A stretch of DNA of 64,000 bases from Antedon mediterranea (lineage: Eukaryota > Animalia > Echinodermata): positions 3,556,101 through 3,620,100 of the forward strand of contig NC_092677.1 in assembly GCF_964355755.1 (NCBI RefSeq), in the 5' to 3' direction. A program made the position numbers and the translations under genes. The notes beneath the pieces were generated by a model. That model saw only the letters and a program-made list of their open reading frames with translations. It made no database searches and was not told the DNA's origin. Of the stretch, positions 11,925-25,529 are shown one piece after another. The first letter of the stretch is position 1; every line of letters begins with the position of its first letter.

Positions 11925-14900
11925 ATGAAAATAGTGCAATTAAATTTGAGTAAACTATGCTGCTGTTTTACATTTTTGATATCACTGCTAAAAAGGGCCA
12001 TGTGTTTTGTAAAAGGCCACAAACGAACAAACAGTGATTCAGCAATTACAATCAATGGCGATTCAAGGTTGCCAGTGTCATCCAGTGGTAATGCAGAAGT
12101 AAGTTTGTCTGCAACAAAACATAAACCCAAGGTGAACTACATATCCTAAAATGACTATTGGCTTGGTGGTTATGAAGCTTGGCTACCAATTTCATTTCAT
12201 TTCATTTCACATTCAATTAATGAAAACTTAAACAATGTAAACAATATAAACAAATAATGATTTCATTAATTTGGATCAGTCTTAGAGGCCAAGGCCTGTC
12301 TGAGAAAGACCCAACAAAACATAAATACAAAATTAAAATGTGTACAAATTAGGTAAAAGTGGCATAATAATAATAATATATTTATGAATGATAATTTTCC
12401 AAATAATTAAACTTAATTTGATGTCTGAATATTTTTGCATTTTCACATTTTTTTAGAAGGGTCTTGGTTTAAGTCCTGGCAGAGTCAGGATTTTTTAACT
12501 CCACTCGCAAAGAATTGTAATAAGACTTTTTATGTAGAGCATCTTGTGTATTATGATTGTCTTGTGAGCAGGATTGCCACCTTTAAGAAGGATAGTGAAA
12601 TAATTTGCAAACAAAAAACAAAACAACGCACAAAACACATACCTGCAGATGTCCTTATGTTTTTAAATTGTATTATATTATATCAATTAATTACATTGTT
12701 ACTGTAGAGGCTGTTATTCTTTCAGAATGAATTAGATTGGGATGATTGGGGGGATGGCGCACCAATCAGCATCAAGATTGATCCGACCAATCAAATACCA
12801 GCAAATCAGGATCAACAAGAAATGGATTATTTTTCCGATATGGTGCCATCTTTTAAAAAACCTGTAAGTTGTCATTTTTAGGCCTTCTTCATTCGCTCCT
12901 ATTTCAAAAACCATGGACCCGCCATTGTCAGCTTAGGCATGACATGTTGGACCGCCAATGTCAGCTTAGGCATGACATGTTGGACCGCCATTGTCAGCTT
13001 AGGCATGACATGTTGGACCCGCCATTGTCAGCTTAGGCATGACATGTTGGACCGCCAATGTCAGCTTAGGCATGACATGTTGGACCGCCATTGTCAGCTT
13101 AGGCATGACATGTTGGACCGCCATTGTCAGCTTAGGCATGACATGTTGGACCGCCATTGTCAGCTTAGGCATGACATGTTGGACCGCCATTGTCAGCTTA
13201 GGCATGACATGTTGGACCGCCATTGTCAGCTTAGGCATGACATGTTGGACCGCCAATGTCAGCTTAGGCATGACATGTTGGACCGCCAATGTCAGCTTAG
13301 GCATGACATGTTGGACCGCCAATGTCAGCTTAGGCATGACATGTTGCACCGCCATTGTCAGCTTAGGCATGACATGTTGGACCGCCAATGTCAGCTTAGG
13401 CATGACATGTTGGACCGCCAATGTCAGCTTAGGCATGACATGTTGGACCGCCAATGTCAGCTTAGGCATGACATGTTGGACCGCCAATGTCAGCTTAGGC
13501 ATGACATGTTGGACCGCCAATGTCAGCTTAGGCATGACATGTTGGACCGCCATTGTCAGCTTAGGCATGACATGTTAGACCGCCAATGTCAGCTTAGGCA
13601 TGACATGTTGGACCGCCATTGTCAGCTTAGGCATGACATGTTGGACCGCCATTGTCAGCTTAGGCATGACATGTTGGACCGCCAATGTCAGCTTAGGCAT
13701 GACATGTTGGACCGCCATTGTCAGCTTAGGCATGACATGTTGGACCGCCAATGTCAGCTTAGGCATGACATGTTGGACCGCCATTGTCAGCTTAGGCATG
13801 ACATGTTGGACCGCCAATGTCAGCTTAGGCATGACATGTTGGACCGCCAATGTCAGCTTAGGCATGACATGTTGGACCGCCAATGTCAGCTTAGGCATGA
13901 CATGTTGGACCGCCAATGTCAGCTTAGGCATGACATGTTGGACCGCCAATGTCAGCTTAGGCATGACATGTTGGACCGCCAATGTCAGCTTAGGCATGAC
14001 ATGTTGGACCGCCATTGTCAGCTTAGGCATGACATGTTGGACCGCCATTGTCAGCTTAGGCATGACATGTTGGACCGCCATTGTCAGCTTAGGCATGACA
14101 TGTTGCACCGCCATTGTCAGCTTAGGCATGACATGTTGGACCGCCAATGTCAGCTTAGGCATGACATGTTGGACCGCCATTGTCAGCTTAGGCATGACAT
14201 GTTGGACCGCCATTGTCAGCTTAGGCATGACATGTTGGACCGCCATTGTCAGCTTAGGCATGACATGTTGGACCGCCATTGTCAGCTTAGGCATGACATG
14301 TTGGACCGCCATTGTCAGCTTAGGCATGACATGTTGGACCGCCATTGTCAGCTTAGGCATGACATGTTGGACCGCCATTGTCAGCTTAGGCATGACATGT
14401 TGGACCGCCATTGTCAGCTTAGGCATGACATGTTGGACCGCCATTGTCAGCTTAGGCATGACATGTTGGACCGCCATTGTCAGCTTAGGCATGACATGTT
14501 GGACCGCCAATGTCAGCTTAGGCATGACATGTTGCACCGCCATTGTCAGCTTAGGCATGACATGTTGGACCGCCAATGTCAGCTTAGGCATGACATGTTG
14601 GACCGCCATTGTCAGCTTAGGCATGACATGTTGGACCGCCATTGTCAGCTTAGGCATGACATGTTGGACCGCCATTGTCAGCTTAGGCATGACATGTTTT
14701 ACAATTATCATTTTTGTAATTATTACAGTAGTGTCATATGTCTAGAAACGATAAACTGTCTTACAATTTTTGACTAATGATATTTATTTTGTCATATTAA
14801 AGAAAGTTATTCGTAAGAAAATAGTTGACCAGAATGCACCAGCACCGACAAATCATAGTTCTCTTTCCAGTCGACTGGCTGTTAATGCATCGGTGATAAT

Positions 14901-15483
14901 GCCAGAAAATGTAAGTTTCACGGAACACTAAAGAACCTCTCCTTTGGGACACCTCTATTAACAAACAAGGGTCAATATATGTTTTAACACAACTGCCAAC
15001 ACTATTCAGTCAATACCCTATTAAGAGGACACTTTTTTAGGTCCTAAAAATGTCCCCTTACAAGGTTTATGTAGTTTGTTTGTGTAAAACCCTGGTACAC
15101 ACACAAAGATTTGAACCCAGGACCCACGAAATTGAAAGATAGCATGTTATTGTTAACACTAACTAATTGTTCAATAAATTTTGTTCGCGATGATTTTTAT
15201 TCAGAAGACAAATGAACGATAAGCTATTGTCAACATTACTTATAACCTAATAATATGTCTATATTTTTAGCCCGAGTTGTCAAATTGGGACGATAGCAAT
15301 GAAAATGCCTGGGATGAGGAGTCTAGTAATGATTTATTATGGGAGGCCGATCAGGTCTTAAGACAGCAAAAACAAGCAGAACGAGAACAAAGAATAGCGG
15401 AGCATCAGCGAAGAAAAACTGAAAAAGAAATGCAGAGAGAATCACGTAGAGAAGGAAATAGATTAGCTGTAAAATTAAAATGA
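11925..15483 (+). CDS. EBAG9: Receptor-binding cancer antigen expressed on SiSo cells (RCAS1/EBAG9) homologue, 4 coding exons, about 210 aa
   Basis: Exons 11925-12098, 12726-12863, 14803-14910, 15271-15483, all phase 0 and GT-AG. Motifs LCCCFTFLISLLKRAMC, WDDWGDGAPISIKI, DYFSDMVP, SSRLA, NAWDEE, WEADQVLRQQK...EQRIAEHQRRKTEKE...LAVKL match vertebrate EBAG9. The acceptor at 11905-11906 implies an upstream non-coding exon. Confidence 0.92.
12915..14698. repeat. 33-bp minisatellite, about 54 copies, in an EBAG9 intron
   Basis: Unit GGACCGCCA(T/A)TGTCAGCTTAGGCATGACATGTT, with near-identical copies. Confidence 0.97.
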
Positions 15484-15525
15484 AACTTAAAATATTAATA
15501 TTAAGCTCAGATGGAATAGGTTATT

Positions 15526-15735
15526 GGATTATCTTAGCTGTGGATTATCTCCTTCTAGTTGCGAATTATTTCCATCTAGTTATGGATTATCGCCATCTAG
15601 TTGCAGATTATCTTCATCTAGTTGCAGATTATCTTCATCTATATGCGGATTTTCTTCATCTAGTTGCGGATTATCTTCATCTAGTTGTGTATTATCTTTC
15701 TCTAGTTGTGGATTATCTCTAGAGAATTATCTCCA
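15526..15735. repeat. 21-bp degenerate tandem repeat in the EBAG9 3'UTR region
   Basis: About 9-10 copies of TAGTTG(C/T)(A/G)GATTATCTTCATC immediately after the stop codon. Confidence 0.85.
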
Positions 15736-16286
15736 TCTTAATCCTTTATAATTGATAACCTTACGAATTATTCTAATAATTATTATTTCTAGTGCAGATT
15801 TAAGTTGCCTCAAAACACACACTTGTAATAGTAATTAATTACAGTTAAAATTTATTACTTTATTGTAAAACTTTCCTTACATTTTTAATTATTTAGTGAA
15901 CTTTATGTGATAAATATGATCATTCTTATAATTCTACTTTTTATATTTTTGAATTTTGATTCTGTTTTAATTTGATCATCGTACAATTTAAATATTGTTT
16001 TTAGTGTGTATTGTACTGCTATTTAAAATACACAATTGTCTTTATGAGGTACAACTGGACTGTCTTCTATTACTATAAAAATTCATTGTGGTTTGAGCGC
16101 TCGGCCTGACAATTATTATTATTTATGAATTTTTAATTCCATTTCTTATATATTTATAATTTGAATTATGTTCTTAATTTATAAAATGTAATTATTACAT
16201 TTATTGATTTATTATATAATTTATCCGAATTCGTTTTGCACTCTTTCTAGATGTTCATGAGAGAGAGAGAGGGGGTCGGTGTCTTA

Positions 16287-16446
16287 AGCTCTGTCTACAC
16301 TATCAAACTAGTTTGACAAAAAAGTGTGATGTGCCCAAATATGGTAGTGATATGCCCAAATATAGTAGTGATATGATATTATCATGTCCATATGTGGGCA
16401 CATCACATTTTTTTGTCATATAAAGTTTGATAGTGTAGACAGAGCT
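16287..16446. mobile_element. Tourist/Harbinger-like MITE
   Basis: Perfect TIRs AGCTCTGTCTACACTATCAAACT with TTA on both flanks. Confidence 0.8.
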
Positions 16447-17003
16447 TTAACTTTGTTTTATTTGACAGATTTAAAATATTACAACTTTGTTTAGGAATAA
16501 AATAATAGGAAATTTATTAAATAATGTTTTATATTATGAAGTACTGTATGTCAATGTCTGTTCAAACTACCGTATAGTGTCCATATGCACTTCCGTATCA
16601 GACTAAACCTACAACAGATAATCATTGAAGATTGCGTCTAATAAGTGAACATTTTTGATTGGACAAAATCAAAAACAGAAAATGTCATTTACTACAGTGT
16701 TTATTGCCGTACCTTGTTTATGATTTTTGTATGTTACCTGGAAATTGAATAAAATAAAATAAAATAAAATAAATAAAAAAAAAAATACATTTAATACACG
16801 AACATTTTAAAGATATTTTACAATTTATACAAACAACAATACACCTATCGTATACAATTTATTAAAAAATAATAATTTACACTATAATACAGATATTGCT
16901 AAACTAAATAACACTCTCTTTATATATTTTCGTTTGGATTTTACTACAGAGTGTTAAAATAAAGATGGCATGACAGAACATAACAAATTTACATACAAAC
17001 ATA

Positions 17004-18639
17004 TCATTTTTGTCCTATTGTTCGCTTTTTTCGATTGTCGAACATTGAGCAATACTGATTGGTTACTTCAGTGACAGTTACCATGACAACTGTATTCGCT
17101 TTTACGTCTGCGTGTACCGTCGTCTCGTACGCTATCAGAACGGTATCGGCAACATGGCGAGACGGTGCCCAGACGTGCAGCACTTGTTTATGCCAGTCCT
17201 CCATCGTGTTTTGAGTCGCATTTAATATCCCTGTAAGAAAAAAAAAAGTGTTATAACAAATAGATAAAAAAAAATAGACTTAATCGCAAATATCTATCCG
17301 TTGCGCTCATTTTGATGCCCATTGCATGGATGCGTGCACTTAGCAAAAATGTATTGTATACGTATAAATGTTCTCACTAAAGCTTGTTATAGACAGTTAG
17401 CAATCACAAGCGAATAAGCCATCGCTTGTGATTGGTTAAAACGCTTGCGTTGCGTTTACGTCTTTTCGTTACGTTCTAGTGGGAACCAACCTTAATGCTT
17501 GGTTCCCACTAGAGACGCAACACAAGGACGTAAAGCTTTATGCCGACAATTTGAAAACGGCCAAAATGACTGTTCTCTTGTGTAGAGGCGTTTTGTATTG
17601 AATCATCAACAAGCTTGATTCCCCATTTTGACGTAACCAGATGTAATGTGTAATGTGGCCAATCACGACGCGCGATGGGCCATCTGAACTGTCGTGATTC
17701 ATGGTCAACTCACTTGCGCTTAGGACATTGCATTGCGTCCAAGTGAGAAATAACATTATTTATTTGTTGTCAAAAACTCGTACCATTTAGTTTCTTTGTC
17801 AGTAGTCTCGTGGCATCCTCTACGTCAAACTGGCCTTTGTATTTCATCGCCCTGGTAACGGACACGCCCAATGTGATACCAAACAGACGGCATGTGTAGT
17901 CAGTGATAGCGCCACCAGATGGGAAGTAATCTACTTCCATTTCGGTCTTCAGAAGCTCGGCACCAAAACAGCGATGTAACATTTCAAAACTACGATTGAA
18001 AATAAAGAAAATTATTATTTTTTCCCTCCAATAAATGTTGTCCATAACACCAATTAAAAATGAATTATATAAATGTTCATTACAATATTTCTAAGCATTT
18101 TTCTAAGGTTTTTTTAATTTTATTTTGTCCCACATTTATTTCATCAGTAACATTGCCAATAAATCTATAAATAGTAAAATAATTATTACTAACTTTTCTT
18201 TATTAAATTTTATGTTTATGTATTGTACTACCATATTGAGCAATATTACTAATAATACATGTTATTAATCTTACCTGAGAACTTCAGATTCAACCGAATT
18301 TCCACCAGCATTTGGACACATTTCCAGCTTCTTTCCAGAGGAGGACAACTCCATAGACGCGAACGATCTGAAACAGTTGAAAGAGCACTGGACTAGCGCC
18401 CTCTCTCCAGCATGCTCAACTGCGCGTGCAAACTTAAAATAATCGCATAGCTTAACACCAAAATTCTTCCCAATGTAGATATTATTTGGGGACGTAGTAT
18501 TTCGTATTCTTTCCTTCGTTTGTTGAGATTTTTTTGTGGTGATATGTTTTACAAATCCGACTTTGCAAAAGGCCTTCCTTCGGCCAGGGCGGCCGGTATT
18601 CAAAAAAGCGATAGGGGTACGCTCTGGAACACCTCTCAT
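17004..18639 (-). CDS. AAC4-like uncharacterised protein, paralogue A (3 exons, about 265 aa)
   Basis: Exons 18639-18275, 17989-17784, 17230-17004, GT-AG, phases 2 and 1, 798 nt open. Core CPNAGGNSVESEVLSFEMLHRCFGAELLKTEMEVDYFPSGGAITDYTC...LGVSVTRAMKY...KKLNG...WHKQVLHVWA. The start codon is uncertain and the family name is from memory. Confidence 0.82.
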
Positions 18640-19299
18640 TCATCGCTATCCGTCGCTGCTTATTTGCTGTCATATTCGTCATTGTCATGTTTAAAGATTT
18701 CTCTATTACCAACTTTCTTTAATTCTACCGCTTGAATTACATTGTGTTTATTATGGTGTATCTTGTCGAGTTGTGCAACGCGCTGTCTGTTTAGTTCGCT
18801 TTTATATTGACACAGTTAGTCGCTTACGACATTTCTAAAAATAGAACATTACTAATCGATATCGCCGCGGTGGTTAATCACTGTCTAAACACGTTCGTGA
18901 TGCAATCTTTCAACCATAGGTGTAATTCAGTGTATGATTACTATTACATATATGGTACACGCGGCAATACTCGTATTATTAAAATTGCGAAAGAAAATAA
19001 TAATTTAGTTATATCCATGGAGAAATTATTTAAATTCCTCCATTATTTTACGGACACAAAAATAATTAATAAACACATCCAGGGACAACCGGGTGTGTCA
19101 TCGGCTGGTGACATCATGAAGGAAATTGAACGAACTTATCTTCAAAACAAGTTTCCATGGTGATTAAATAATTCACTTTACACCAAATTAAAAAAATAGG
19201 TCTATATATTTTATTTACATAATTGCATGTGTCTATAAACAGAAGAACAATAATTGATTAATTATTATGTTATATTTTTTTATTTATCTTTTTTTTTAT

Positions 19300-22200
19300 T
19301 TATCTTTTAGGGCAATCGAACATTGAACAATGTTTATTTGTTTGTTCGGTAACGGTTACTAAGACAACCGTATTAGATTTTAAATCTGCGGGTATCTTGT
19401 CGTACGCCTTCTGAACTGTATCAGCAACATCACGAGAGGTCGCCCATATGTGAAGGAGCTGTTTCTCGAACTCATCCGTGTTTTGCGTAGCTTCCAATAT
19501 TCCTAAAAAAGAGAAGATAACTACATATAGGCCTAGAAAAATTTTCTAAAAATCATGAAAACCAGGTGTCAACAATATCTATCCTGTCATTTCGGTCATT
19601 CAAGATAATGCTTAAAATAAATTCATGCATACCTTTTAACTTCCTTTCCAGTAGTCTGGTGGCATCCTTTATATCATATTCATCTTTTTTGTTTTTTTTT
19701 TGTTTTTTAAATTTCATCGCCCTGGTAACGGACACGCCCAATTTTCTACCAAATAGACTGCATTTGTAGTCGGCAGTCTTTGGGCCTGTAGGCTTGTTAT
19801 ACATGACTTCCGTTTCTGTCTTCAAAAGTTCTGCGTTACAGCAATAATGCAGCATTTCGAAACTACAATAAAATAGAGAAAATGTAGGATAATAATTCTT
19901 TCACATCCATGGAAACATTATTAAATACTATAATTATGATGCGAGCGGTAAATGAATGTGTATTTTAGGCTGTAAAATTAGGGAAGATACTATTTATTTT
20001 ATTTTTATGTTTCTTTAGCGACTTCTGGTAAACAGACTTTTAGGTCAGCCTGCTGTTAGGAAGAACTTCATGGTTTAGTCAACCGCTAAAAGCTCATTTT
20101 GGCCTAAACTGCAGGAGCCTAATACAGATCGACGATAAAGAGATAAATAGGTCTACCAATATGCATTTTTCCTATATAAAGCAAGATAAATCTAAAAAGT
20201 AACTAGAATTTAATTCGTCACTTTGACGAATTATAGGTGATCATATCCTAGAACTATAGGATAACCATATATGCTGCCTTTGATGAAAATGATATTTTTA
20301 CACGTCCAATCAAATGACGTCATAATTAGTAAGAGCGATAGTAATAATGTGATACAACGATTTTATTGGTATTATTTATTATGAAGTCATTTGATGGGAT
20401 TGAAAAAAAATTATTTCTATCAAAGACAGCACAGTAATGGTTGTTATCCTAATAGTTCTAATTTCTTTTGTTTTATGTCAGAAAAATGTATATTATGTTT
20501 ATTGTCGATCATTATATAGGCCACATTTTAGTCAGATTAGGCCAAGTTGAGCCGCCCCCGGCCAGAAAAACGTTATTTTATATGAAACGCCAAATGCTAT
20601 TCTATTGCCGGTACTTGTTTCTTCTAATAGAAGTTCTATTTATATTAGGAATAGCGATGTATATTCAAAAGTTAATATCACCGTTTTTAGTATATATTAT
20701 TAAATATTTCAATTATACTGTAAAGAAAAATGAACGTTTTTAGCCACGAAAGATGTAAAGCAAGTTGTCCCCACAGTCGGCAATCGTATGAATTACGTCA
20801 TTTGATAAAATAATTACATAAAATCATGTTTTTTATTGAAATATTTTGTATATTAACATTGTAAAATTCAATAAAATATGATATTAATAATGATTAGTAA
20901 ATAAAAAATAATGTTTATTTAACCTCATTCGAAAAATGTCAATACTTTATTTAGACATAGAGACAACGTGACTTCACGTGGTACACGCGAGAAAAATCTT
21001 AATTAATTCCAATAACTTTAACTCGCGAAGGGAGCAATGCGCATATAACATTACTTAAGAAAAAATTTTCCGGAATTCAGAATTAGCGGTTCACAACATA
21101 TAATAGGCCTATTAACGAAATGCACAATACATCGGCGCATGAATGTAAGATTTACAAACAAAGTACCATTCTATTACAGCTAAACACGGAATGGAAAGAT
21201 AGATTGATCTTCTAAAAATGAGAACCGCAGCTATACGTAAGAAACAATCGTTCAGATACATATTAACTGTAAGTGCTGTCTTTAGCCGGTATACATGGTT
21301 ACGTCCTATTGAAACGAAATCAAGTCGAAATGTGGCACGCCACTCAAAGACTCAAAAATTAAGTATACACAAATAAAGTTGGCTTTAAACATCCCTGCAT
21401 GAATGAAAACGGAAAAATGGTTTTAATGTGGTGAACAATACTTTGTCTAATCAAAACAAACGTGAACAAGTCTCTTTTCCAAAAGAAAACACCATAACAA
21501 ATATTATATAATTTTAAACGCAGGAAACAGAACTGAACAAGTACTGGAAAACTATGGACTATAATCCGACGGGAGATCGTAATTGCCAGTTTAGTGCCGT
21601 ATCTGATCAATTGATAACAATAGAAATCTATCTATCCCATTTTACTTAAAGACAGTAAGTTGTTTATTACCTAGAAAACAACTCACACCTTGCGAACGAG
21701 AGGGAATGGTCGGTATTTATTACAGAAATGCCAGAAGATTATCTTATCAAGAAATGGAACTTATGGTAACCAAATAACCCTACAGGCAATTGCCGATATT
21801 TTTAACATTCAGATATTGGTCATAAGTTCTTTAAGTGGAGGAACAACGCTGATTTCACCAGATGATGCCAGCATTTTCACGTTCAATTTGCCATATATTG
21901 TGCTAGGACATCTACCAGAAGGCAACGGTGAGCACTACCTGTCGCTTTCAGTTCCCATATTGTTTTTGAAGGAGACATGGATCATAGGCCCATTGTTGTA
22001 GATGAGACATCAGATACAGACGAAAGCATAATCGATAAAGATACAGACAAAGTAAACAATGAAGAAACTGAAAGAGCAACCGATAAAGATAATACTCATC
22101 AAGGAATAAACAGTGAATACATTGATCGAGAAGTAAACGATCACAGCACTGGAGAATGTCAACGATGTAAATAGGCCAGACAACGAATAAGTAAATGAGG

Positions 22201-25200
22201 AAGACGTAGGAACTTGAAGCATATCTCTATTTTTGAAAGACTACCCAACGAAATTCTCATCATGATTCTTACATTTGCAATGACCAATGATGTTGCAAGT
22301 AGACAGTTTCTGCCATGTGTGACATGGCTGCAGCAGATGGTGCCATGTGTGACAAAAAGGTTCAAGGGTTCAGCAGATGGTGCCATGTGTTCCCTTGATG
22401 AGCTGCTTGTCTACGTCAACCCAGGCGTAGAAACAAGATCTAATGTTGCTTGGGTGATATTACTAAAGGGAGAAAGTCTACCATGATGGTATACTATTGA
22501 ACGCGTCTTTTGGAGGAAAGGAAGAAAAAATACACGGTTTTATAAGTACGATTTTAATTACTGTTTATAGTATTTTATTACCATGTTTTATCTATATATT
22601 TTAATTAGGCCTAATATCTTCTTTAAAATTGTAAATGAAAGCAAATATGGTTTTATATTGAAATCAACCATCTTTTAGGTAAATATGCCTGCATTAATAA
22701 CTCTTTTACCACTGTAAAGAATCGTAGCCTACGATAAAATAGCCTTAGGAAAAATATGCTTACAAATATTTAATTGTCAAAAATGTAGGTCTACATTTGT
22801 GACAATTAAATAATATATACTGTTATATATAAAACAGAGAAGAAAGGTGGGACGAACCCACACAAGACAAGAAAAAAGTAACTTTACCTTAACCATTTGA
22901 AGTAACATTAGAACATTTTGAAAACTGAGTTATATACGTGTTTTCGATACTTTTCATTTCATTACTTTTTCACATTACATTTGCTTTGTTTGTTATAAAT
23001 TATGTTAGATTTTATATAATTCTCTTAGTTGTGTTTTTGAATTGTGAATGAGTGTTTAATAAATAAAATTCAAGAACTGATTTAGTATTCTTATTTTCAT
23101 CATAAGAAATAACATAACTATATCAATTATAATTTAAGTAGACGGTACCGATTAAAACATTCATTATATAGATTAATTTTTTTTTTAAACAGAAGAAAGA
23201 AGGAAGACTGAAAAGATTCAATCTAGAAACAGCGCAAATAACGATAGCCAAAAACTGATCGGTCAACTCGGCCACAATAAAGTATGGAACGAAAAAGTGC
23301 TTTGTCTATTATTATTTTTATTATTTAATATTATTTTATTTTATTATGGATAGGCCTATTCAGGCTTTAAAGAAGAAATAAAAAACACTCGTATAAAAAA
23401 ATGATCTCATTGCCGATATGAATACGAAACCTCGTGTTAAAAAACACATGCTGATATTTGACATTTAATTAAATGTAATAAGGAAATCATTCTTATTTTT
23501 GGTGCTGTAAACGTTGTCTAAATATAATTATTATTCATTAAAAAGTCAGAATTATTCCTAGGTAAAAAAATAATATGAAAACATTTTATTTTATCTCATT
23601 TTTTTGGCACTTTTTGGGTGGCCGAGTTGACCGATTAGTTTTAGGCCGAGTTGACGTGAGGTCGAGTTGACGTACGTGAGGCCGAGTTTACTTGAGAGCG
23701 AGTTGACTTGGGGCCGAGTTGACTTGGGACCGACTTGACTTTGTTCAAGACAGTTTTAGGACCGACTTTGATCGAAATCATTAATAAAATACAACAGTAT
23801 AGTTATTTTTTAATATTGAACATTTTAGATTGATTAGACTCCTTTTCTATTGTTATTTCTACTGTACTCTGAAAGACACAGTACGAACCAAAAATATAGG
23901 CTAAATGGAATAGGAGTTTGGCTAAATAAATGATTTGCACATTTTTGTAGAATACCTTTTGCACATTTAACGTCAAAACTGATCCTTTTTACATTTAACG
24001 GCGTGATGTTTGCACATTTAGTAGGTTTTGAATTTTGACAGATTAGCACATTTGAGGGTGACATGTTTGCACAAATGCGACTTTTTACACATTTCACGGC
24101 CGCAACACGGTCCAACCGGTCATATGCCATTTCTTATATTGGATGAGGCCATGTCTTAAATTCGTTGTTGTCATTCAAAAATGGTTTGGAATTTACCATT
24201 ATCGTGGATTTGCTTTTTTTAGTGGGCACTGAAAATAACCTATAATAAAGATGAAATAAAATTAGTTTCAATCAAAATTACTGATGTATTTTTTTCAAAT
24301 TATTGGCTTTGATAAATTTCAACATGTCTACCCATCATGTGGACTATTAAATGCGCAGCCGATGCTGCTGCTCAGAATTAATTATGATAAATCAAACCAT
24401 GGTGGAAATTTTCACCATGCATGATGATCCGACCAACATTAATACAGGACAAAATTACTAATTAATAAAGGGAAGAGAGAACCAATGTATGTATGGTTTT
24501 AATCTTCGACTTATCATATTCTTAATTTTAAAGAAACATTGATGACTTGTACTTGTAGTAGGCCTAGGCCCGAAAATACGCTCCCTAAATATTTAGGCCT
24601 AGCACAGCTTAGGATTGGTGGTTCCGAGAATCCGTGTTAGATAGTGTAATTATTGAGATTACGATTATGTGATACAAAATTGTTTACGTTGATGAGAAGC
24701 TTATTAATTTCAGCGGGTAAAAACAGAAATCTAGCCTATTTGTTTTAGGGAAATTGTACAATAGAGATATCCTATATTGTATTGTTTTGAAGGTTTAAAT
24801 GGAGAAAATCCTCTTCCTTACTCACGAGGACGATCGATACGAGGCATCGATTGCGTCCGAGAAACTCAACAGGTGTTTTTTCAGACCTAGGCCTAGGACT
24901 AGCCTAGTCCTGCTAGGCCTAGGACTAGCCTAGTCCTGCTAGGCCTAGGACTAGCCTAGTCCTGCTAGTGTGGCCTACCGAAAACTTTATATAAGGCTTG
25001 CAATAACGATTCTATCATAAAATATAAAATTTATTGTAAAGTGTAGGCCTACTGTTTACCGCGCTGAGGCATATGAAATCAGAAAATGAATGTTCATTGA
25101 TTTCTCAAGTAACAGAAGAGTAGGCCTATACTGTATTTATTATTATTAATATTAGCATATAATTTTCTTACCTCAGAACTTCTGATTCCACTGAGCTTCC

Positions 25201-25521
25201 TCCACCATTCCGTGTATTCTTGATCCTTTTCCCAGAGGGTGATAATATCATAGACTTAAAAGATTTGAAATAGTTGAACGATGATGACTGAACCATTTCC
25301 CCTCCACTAAGATGGTTAACGATTCCTTCTTTAAATTTCGATTTGGAAAAATCGCAAAAAGTCACAAAAAAATTGTTAGGCCTACATCCTGTTGATATTC
25401 CGTAACAGATAATAATCAGTATATATAATAATATATCAGTCAGTTCGTCAAGCCAAGTGGCGAGGCTATTGCAAAACTTACAGCAATTAGCTATAAAACA
25501 TATAAGAGATAATAGAGTCAT
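19300..25521 (-). CDS. AAC4-like uncharacterised protein, paralogue B (3 exons, about 260 aa, hydrophobic N-terminus)
   Basis: Exons 25521-25172, 19862-19633, 19502-19300 with the same intron positions and phases as A, 783 nt open. Core NGGGSSVESEVLSFEMLHYCCNAELLKTETEV...TADYKC...LGVSVTRAMKF...KQLLHIWA. Intron 1 is 5.3 kb and filled with TEs. Confidence 0.78.
21554..22290 (+). pseudogene. Degraded OTU-family cysteine protease followed by an F-box-like fragment, probably transposon cargo
   Basis: MDYNPTGDRNCQFSAVSDQL...*RQ*VVYYL...(frameshift)...NGTYGNQITLQAIADIFNIQILVISS...LGHLPEGNGEHYLSL contains OTU Cys and His boxes. An acidic linker and IFERLPNEILIMIL (F-box-like) follow. Confidence 0.72.
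23258..23765. mobile_element. DNA-transposon remnant with inverted and repeated GGCCGAGTTGAC motifs
   Basis: GGTCAACTCGGCC at about 23261 and about 7 opposite-orientation copies at 23619-23740. Confidence 0.5.
24887..24968. repeat. Three copies of a 26-bp CTAGGCCTAGGACTAGCCTAGTCCTG unit
   Basis: Direct inspection. Confidence 0.85.
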
Positions 25522-25529
25522 AGGCAACA

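Noticed and set aside
12915-14698. CRISPR-like array or p53 response-element array
   Set aside because: There are no unique spacers and no cas genes, and the context is eukaryotic. The two CATG cores are 5 bp apart rather than the 10-bp spacing of p53 half-sites.
12939-14777. 612-aa, 381-aa and 378-aa ORFs of repeated 11-mers
   Set aside because: They result from a stop-poor 33-bp minisatellite inside an EBAG9 intron whose flanking exons join in frame without it.
18482-18712. Overlapping ORF as a frameshifted true N-terminus of paralogue A
   Set aside because: A and C align without an indel across the A-rich run (ACAAAAAAATCT versus ACAGGAGAATCT), so no frameshift is indicated.
18807-19163. 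118-aa plus-strand ORF between paralogues A and B
   Set aside because: It has a non-ATG start, no recognisable motif and no supporting splice structure.
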